In this document: in pieces, positions 17,185 to 21,898 of the stretch | How the letters are laid out: each line of letters opens with the position of its first letter | How positions within the stretch are numbered: the stretch's first letter is position 1 | IMG/VR virus record: IMGVR_UViG_2718218402_000002 | Direction: 5' to 3' (one strand) | DNA: 21,898 nt | Source: a virus | Lineage: Duplodnaviria > Heunggongvirae > Uroviricota > Caudoviricetes | Program-made: the position numbers and the translations under genes | The notes under the pieces: model-generated | The model's database searches: none | Told to the model about the DNA's origin: nothing | Seen by the model: the letters and a program-made list of their open reading frames with translations, nothing else

Positions 17185-17345
17185 GAGGACTTGCATACAA
17201 TCCCGGCATTCTTCCGGCAGAAATGATTATTCGCCAGCGCGTAAAGCCAATGCCATCGAGAGAGGAATTGCTTAAGAGAAATTCTTTTCCGTCAGTGAAT
17301 CAAAACAAATATCTGAATGCGATGTTGCGGAGTGGGAAAAAATGA
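17181..17345 (+). CDS. Possible small ORF (54 aa), coupled at both ends
   Basis: [36 protein letters not shown]...; ATGA overlap with the upstream gene at 17181 and with the downstream gene at 17342. Not in the track. Confidence 0.35.
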   Translation: MRGLAYNPGILPAEMIIRQRVKPMPSREELLKRNSFPSVNQNKYLNAMLRSGKK

Positions 17346-17827
17346 AACAAATGTCACTAATTGAGATGGATGGTTTTCTGAAAGGTAAATGCATCCCACG
17401 AGATTTAAAGGTTAACGAAACAAACGCTGAATATCTGGTGCGTAAATTTGCTGAAGCGGAGGCCAAGTGCGCGGCGCTGGCGGCGGAGAATGCTGGGCTG
17501 AAGTCTGAAGCTCCACTTGGTGCCATCGAGAATGGCAGAGCGTTTGCAGACCGTTTAGAGAATTACCAGTTCGAGTGTGAAGGCGGAAACCTAAACATGT
17601 GCAGTGATTGGCAGGAGTTTCGCCGTTTCTTCGAGTATTTATCTGAATGGGCAATGCATAGCCAGACAGAGCACCCAGCCACCGATGCTTTCCTGGCTGA
17701 AGTACGGGCGCAGGGTGTGGAGATGGCTATGGAGCATATGCAGTCGAGCGGTTCGTTAACATTTGGAGATTGCTACATATCACTTAACGAGTTCGCCGCA
17801 GAGCTTCGCAAAGGAGGTAACCAGTGA
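17342..17827 (+). CDS. Hypothetical protein (161 aa)
   Basis: ATG start; Ala-rich coiled-coil-like segment. Stop overlaps the next gene's GTG start. Confidence 0.55.
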   Translation: MKQMSLIEMDGFLKGKCIPRDLKVNETNAEYLVRKFAEAEAKCAALAAENAGLKSEAPLGAIENGRAFADRLENYQFECEGGNLNMCSDWQEFRRFFEYLSEWAMHSQTEHPATDAFLAEVRAQGVEMAMEHMQSSGSLTFGDCYISLNEFAAELRKGGNQ

Positions 17828-18123
17828 GTGTATATCTCATTGATAAACGCCGACGTGGGCAACAAATACCACCTGTAGGAATTCCGAATCACACATGGTT
17901 TTGCGTACTTGATATCGATGGCATGGATAAGTTTGTTGACACTCGTCATTACTGCGATACCGCAACAGCTACTCCGGCGAAAGCAAAGAAAATGGCTGCT
18001 CTGATAGAAAACTGGACTCCACCTGATGGGTGGTGCAATGGGAATGATCGAGATTGGCATGAAAAAATGAAGGGCTATATCTGCGATTTCTTACGTAAAT
18101 GCAACGGCTTCAGGGTGATGTGA
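17824..18123 (+). CDS. Hypothetical protein (99 aa, GTG start)
   Basis: GTG start with a strong SD (AAGGAGGT, 5-nt spacing). Cys/Trp-rich. Confidence 0.5.
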   Translation: MSVYLIDKRRRGQQIPPVGIPNHTWFCVLDIDGMDKFVDTRHYCDTATATPAKAKKMAALIENWTPPDGWCNGNDRDWHEKMKGYICDFLRKCNGFRVM

Positions 18124-18124
18124 C

Positions 18125-18706
18125 ATGAACAAGATTGACTATCAGGCACTGCGTGAGGCAGCAGAAAAAGCAACGTGTGGTGCGTGGTCGCTCGAATATG
18201 GAGAGGAGAGATTTGATGCTGGTGATGCGCTAATTCATCGTGAAGTTGTTGGATATCTTCCCATTTGCAGAATTGAAGGAGCGCATCCTGAAAGCGGTTT
18301 CGATGAAGATTTCCAAATGGAACAGCAGGCCAATGCTGAATTCATCGCCGCAGCCAATCCGGCTACCGTGCTGGCATTACTGGATGAACTGGAAAGAAAC
18401 CAGCAATACATCAAACGCCGCGACCAGGAGAACGAGGATATTGCGCTAACGGTAGGGAAGATGCGTGTTGAGCTGGAAGGCAAAGACAGCAAAATAGCCA
18501 ATCTTACCGCCGAACGCGATGCTCTTCGTGAAGGTGAGATGGGCGACGCTAGGCATAGCAACACACGGGCCGCAGCTGATATCTACTTCCAACTGGTCGA
18601 GGAGTGCGAAATTCCTGCTGGCGGATCTCTGGTCGAGTACGTTGACGATATGCGCGAGAAGCTGGAAGCCGCAGAGAAGCGCATTGCTGAGCTGGAGTTG
18701 CGGTAG
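18125..18706 (+). CDS. Ea22-like protein
   Basis: 193 aa, MNKIDYQALREAAEKAT... with a C-terminal coiled coil; resembles the Ead/Ea22-like family of lambdoid prophages from memory. Confidence 0.5.
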   Translation: MNKIDYQALREAAEKATCGAWSLEYGEERFDAGDALIHREVVGYLPICRIEGAHPESGFDEDFQMEQQANAEFIAAANPATVLALLDELERNQQYIKRRDQENEDIALTVGKMRVELEGKDSKIANLTAERDALREGEMGDARHSNTRAAADIYFQLVEECEIPAGGSLVEYVDDMREKLEAAEKRIAELELR

Positions 18707-18855
18707 GTTGTGCTTCCGCAATGCTATAGCATGTTGCATCGCGTCGATTTTGACGAGCCTTACCACACTGAAATGGTTTACAGGCAGCATCAGGTTCTTG
18801 AGGCACTGCACAACGCTGGAATAAACGTCACCGAAGCAGGTAAAGGAGAGGCATC

Positions 18856-19362
18856 ATGAGCACTATCACAAGAGAATGGCTGCAGCAGGCTATCAACGAT
18901 TATGAAAGCGTTCGTGATGAGCTTCCTTTCGGGCTTGATGATTACCAGGGGAATATCCTGGCTGCCCTGCGTATCGCACTGGCATCGCTGGAAGCAGAGC
19001 CGGTGGCGTGGAAGGTAACATTCACGCAAATTGACCGTGAATATAACACGTTCACTGGTATGTATTCTGACAAAGCAGAAGTCGAACGGTGGGTGCGGCT
19101 GCATAAAGCATGTAATTTTCGGGCAGATATAACACCGCTTTATACCGCCAAGCCAGTGCCGGTAACTCCGGATGGTTGGATAAGCTGTAGTGAGCGAATG
19201 CCGGATAAGTTAATTCCGGTAATGGTCATGTATGAAGACGGTGAGATGTGGTCTGCAATGTGGAATGGCAATCGCTGGGATGATGGCACCGAATATCCGG
19301 ATCCGCACTCAGTTACGCACTGGCGTGAAATGCCAGCAGCACCGCAGCAGGAGGTGAAGTGA
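18856..19362 (+). CDS. DUF551-domain protein
   Basis: 168 aa, RBS AAGGAGAG. C-terminal WISCSERMPDK...VTHWREMP fits the DUF551 pattern as recalled. Confidence 0.55.
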   Translation: MSTITREWLQQAINDYESVRDELPFGLDDYQGNILAALRIALASLEAEPVAWKVTFTQIDREYNTFTGMYSDKAEVERWVRLHKACNFRADITPLYTAKPVPVTPDGWISCSERMPDKLIPVMVMYEDGEMWSAMWNGNRWDDGTEYPDPHSVTHWREMPAAPQQEVK

Positions 19363-19640
19363 TGGACTCCTTCGCGAAATATACGATTATTGACTGGATA
19401 GCATTCCTTCAGGTTTTGCTCATCTGGTTTTATATGGCTTACAGGAGTGGGCAGTGGATTGTCAGTGTAGCCTGTAGCAATGGATGGCGTTGGTGGAACC
19501 GAAAGAATAAAAAAGCACTAGCCTTGGATTCGTTTTACGAAGCATTCAATCTTAACAGCCTTCAGCCTGGTTCTGTCGTTGTAGTCCACACTCAAAGCGG
19601 CATGACCATTCAGATTCATAAACCAAAAGAGGAAAAATGA
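19362..19640 (+). CDS. Hypothetical protein with one TM helix (92 aa)
   Basis: ATG at 19362 overlaps the upstream stop; strong SD GGAGGTG. Hydrophobic segment IAFLQVLLIWFYMAY. Confidence 0.5.
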   Translation: MDSFAKYTIIDWIAFLQVLLIWFYMAYRSGQWIVSVACSNGWRWWNRKNKKALALDSFYEAFNLNSLQPGSVVVVHTQSGMTIQIHKPKEEK

Positions 19641-19726
19641 TGTGGCCTATATGTGTTAATTGCGGACGGATGTGCCTATCTGGATGGTGCCGAAAGTGCG
19701 ACAAATGCACGAAGAAAAGACAATAA
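19637..19726 (+). CDS. Possible small Cys-rich zinc-ribbon peptide (29 aa)
   Basis: MMWPICVNCGRMCLSGWCRKCDKCTKKRQ. ATGA coupling to the upstream gene, SD AGAGGA. Not in the track. Confidence 0.35.
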   Translation: MMWPICVNCGRMCLSGWCRKCDKCTKKRQ

Positions 19727-19797
19727 CAATCCTCGCACTCGCGTGGATTTCTTTTATCTGAACTCGCTACGGCGGGTTTTGTTTTATGGAGATGATA

Positions 19798-19938
19798 AAT
19801 GCACTTCCGAGTCACAGGTGAATGGAATGGAGAACCATTCAACAGGGTTATCGAAGCGGAGAACATCAACGACTGCTATGACCACTGGATGCTATGGGCG
19901 CAGATAGCACATGCAGACGTAACCAATATTCGAATTGA
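19798..19938 (+). CDS. Possible small ORF (46 aa)
   Basis: MHFRVTGEWNGEPFNRVIEAENINDCYDHWMLWAQIAHADVNQYSN, with GGAGA six nt upstream. Not in the track; the overlapping 84-aa track ORF looks spurious. Confidence 0.25.
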
Positions 19939-19955
19939 AGAACTGAAAGAACACC

Positions 19956-19980
19956 AAGCCGCCTGATGGCGGTTTTTTAT
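19956..19980 (+). terminator. Intrinsic terminator
   Basis: GCCGCC-tgat-GGCGG followed by TTTTTT. Confidence 0.6.
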
Positions 19981-19992
19981 TGGAGACAAGAA

Positions 19993-20337
19993 ATGTCAGA
20001 TTTGGCTATGAAGGTTTTGAAATGGCAATCGACTGGCGATGTTGGCATCAGTAGCGCAACTCTTGCCTCAATCGCATGTGGACTGAAAAAGAATATCTAT
20101 GGTCATAGCTTCGGTGCTCCACATGACGCAGCCGATTTCCGACGATGCGTTGCACTTGTTGAGCAGATTCCAGAAATCAGAGATTCATTCAACAAGGTTG
20201 CAAAGCGCGTTCCGGCATTCAAAGGAATCCTCAACGAATGGGATTCCCTCGTTGCTCTGTTGAAGTCTGAAATGAAGATACACGGAAACAAAGCACCAGA
20301 GACTTACAGAAGAATCAGCGAGCTACGCAAGGACTAA
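19993..20337 (+). CDS. Hypothetical protein (114 aa) upstream of xis
   Basis: Track ORF 19966..20337; likely ATG at 19993 with GGAGA six nt upstream, just after a terminator. Confidence 0.5.
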   Translation: MSDLAMKVLKWQSTGDVGISSATLASIACGLKKNIYGHSFGAPHDAADFRRCVALVEQIPEIRDSFNKVAKRVPAFKGILNEWDSLVALLKSEMKIHGNKAPETYRRISELRKD

Positions 20338-20454
20338 CCATGAAATAACACCGCCTCACACTCGATGAGGCCTGTTCATTGCTCAATGATATCCAGACCT
20401 ACCATCGCCGCATCAATGCGGCTTTTTCTTGCGTGTAATTGCGGAGACTTTGCG

Positions 20455-20673
20455 ATGTACTTGACACTTCAGGAGTGGAACGCACGCCAGCGACGCCCAA
20501 GAAGCCTTGAAACAGTTCGTCGATGGGTGCGCGAATGCAGGATATTCCCTCCTCCTGTTAAGGATGGAAGAGAGTATCTGTTCCACGAATCAGCGGTAAA
20601 GGTTGACTTAAATCGACCAGTAACAGGTAGCCTTTTGAAGAGGATCAGAAATGGGAAGAAGGCGAAGTCATGA
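20455..20673 (+). CDS. xis: Excisionase Xis
   Basis: 72 aa, MYLTLQEWNARQRRPRSLETVRRWVRECRIFPPPVKDGREYLF..., near-identical to lambda Xis as recalled. Overlaps the int start. Confidence 0.9.
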   Translation: MYLTLQEWNARQRRPRSLETVRRWVRECRIFPPPVKDGREYLFHESAVKVDLNRPVTGSLLKRIRNGKKAKS

Positions 20674-21724
20674 GCGCCGGGATTTACCCCCTAACCTTTA
20701 TATAAGAAACAATGGATATTACTGCTACAGGGACCCAAGGACGGGTAAAGAGTTTGGATTAGGCCGAGACAGGAGGATAGCAATCACTGAAGCAATACAG
20801 GCCAATATTGAGTTGCTATCCGGGAGCAGGCGTGAGTCACTGATAGACAGAATTAAAGGCGCTGACGCAATCACTCTTCATGCGTGGCTTGACCGATATG
20901 AAACAATCCTCAGCGAGAGGGGTATCAGGCCGAAAACTCTACTCGACTACGCCAGCAAAATCAGGGCAATCCGAAGAAAATTGCCGGACAAACCGCTCGC
21001 TGACATATCAACGAAAGAGGTGGCAGCAATGCTAAACACCTACGTAGCAGAAGGTAAAACGGCTTCCGCAAAATTAATCAGGTCAACCCTTGTTGACGTT
21101 TTTCGTGAGGCAATAGCCGAGGGGCATGTGGCTACGAATCCGGTAACAGCAACCCGCACAGCAAAGTCAGAAGTAAGGCGCTCAAGGCTGACAGCTAATG
21201 AGTATGTCGCGATTCACCATGCAGCCGAACCTCTCCCAATCTGGCTGAGGCTTGCGATGGATTTGGCCGTCGTTACAGGTCAGAGAGTCGGCGATTTGTG
21301 CAAAATGAAATGGTCAGACATAAACGACAACCATCTTCACATTGAACAGGGTAAAACAGGGGCTAAGCTCGCCATTCCGCTGACGCTAACGATTGACGCG
21401 CTCAATATCTCATTGGCTGATATACTACAGAAATGCAGGGAGGCCAGCGGCAGTGACACTATAATTGCATCAACGCATCACGAACCACTTTCCCCGAAAA
21501 CAGTATCGAAGTATTTTACAAAGGCGAGAAATGCATCTGGACTCTCATTTGATGGAGACCCGCCAACATTCCATGAACTGCGTAGCCTGTCGGCGAGACT
21601 ATACCGCAATCAGATTGGCGATAAGTTTGCTCAACGTCTTCTCGGACATAAATCAGATTCAATGGCGGCGCGGTATAGGGACAGCCGAGGGAGAGAATGG
21701 GACAAAATTGAAATCAACAAATGA
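20651..21724 (+). CDS. int: Tyrosine integrase Int (lambda family)
   Basis: 357 aa. The first ~55 aa are identical to lambda Int as recalled; the core-binding region diverges; the C-terminus (HELRSLSARLY...LLGHKSDSMAARYRD) is conserved. Confidence 0.95.
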   Translation: MGRRRSHERRDLPPNLYIRNNGYYCYRDPRTGKEFGLGRDRRIAITEAIQANIELLSGSRRESLIDRIKGADAITLHAWLDRYETILSERGIRPKTLLDYASKIRAIRRKLPDKPLADISTKEVAAMLNTYVAEGKTASAKLIRSTLVDVFREAIAEGHVATNPVTATRTAKSEVRRSRLTANEYVAIHHAAEPLPIWLRLAMDLAVVTGQRVGDLCKMKWSDINDNHLHIEQGKTGAKLAIPLTLTIDALNISLADILQKCREASGSDTIIASTHHEPLSPKTVSKYFTKARNASGLSFDGDPPTFHELRSLSARLYRNQIGDKFAQRLLGHKSDSMAARYRDSRGREWDKIEINK

Positions 21725-21775
21725 TTTTATTTTGACTAATAATGACCTACCCATGGTAATTTGTTGATAATTAAA
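21722..21775. other. attL P' arm: Int arm-type sites and IHF-like site
   Basis: TGATTTTATTTTGACTAATAATGACC aligns with the lambda P' arm (lambda TGATTTTATTTTGACTGATAGTGACC) and overlaps the int stop. TTGTTGATAATTAAAG resembles an IHF site. Similarity to lambda ends after this. Confidence 0.6.
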
Positions 21776-21808
21776 GGAATTTTAAATATGGAACTTACCT
21801 TATTTAAG

Positions 21809-21838
21809 GCCCCTTCCTCGGGAGGGGCTTTCCCGTTT
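21809..21838 (+). terminator. GC-rich hairpin with T-rich tail at the presumed phage-host junction
   Basis: GCCCCTTC-ctcg-GGGAGGGGC (8 bp, one G-U) followed by TTTCCCGTTT. May be a host terminator or part of the att core/B arm. Confidence 0.35.
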
Positions 21839-21898
21839 CAGCGTCCCGCTGAAATCGTCGGCTTACCTCCTTTCGCCCTGAATACAGTCTATCGCTAA

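Noticed and set aside
19653-19907. 84-aa + strand track ORF
   Set aside because: Low-complexity product and no RBS; a 46-aa ORF in another frame with a good SD explains the region better.

Overview
The window is almost entirely one lambdoid prophage, read from its late/lysis end (left) to the integrase and attL junction (right). All calls are from reading the sequence and the six-frame track and from recalled protein families; no database search was run. Rightward-operon genes lie on the - strand: Rha, Rz/Rz1, SAR endolysin, pinholin, Q, NinI/G/F/E, a DNA methyltransferase, NinB, Ren, P, O (with ori iterons), cII-like and Cro. cI, N, Ral, cIII-like, RecT, Xis and Int lie on the + strand. The prophage is mosaic: Q, the nin genes, O, P, Ren, Xis and Int are near-identical to phage lambda as I recall them; N and both nut boxB hairpins match phage P22; the lysis cassette is phage-21/DLP12-like. 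Three regions stand out as unexplained accessory cargo. The strongest candidate for an undescribed system is a two-gene cassette directly downstream of cI, at the position lambda uses for rexAB. The second is an AT-rich membrane-protein gene with its own terminator between Q and the holin. The third is a run of unrecognised genes around Ral in the early-left operon. No tRNA, rRNA or CRISPR array was seen.
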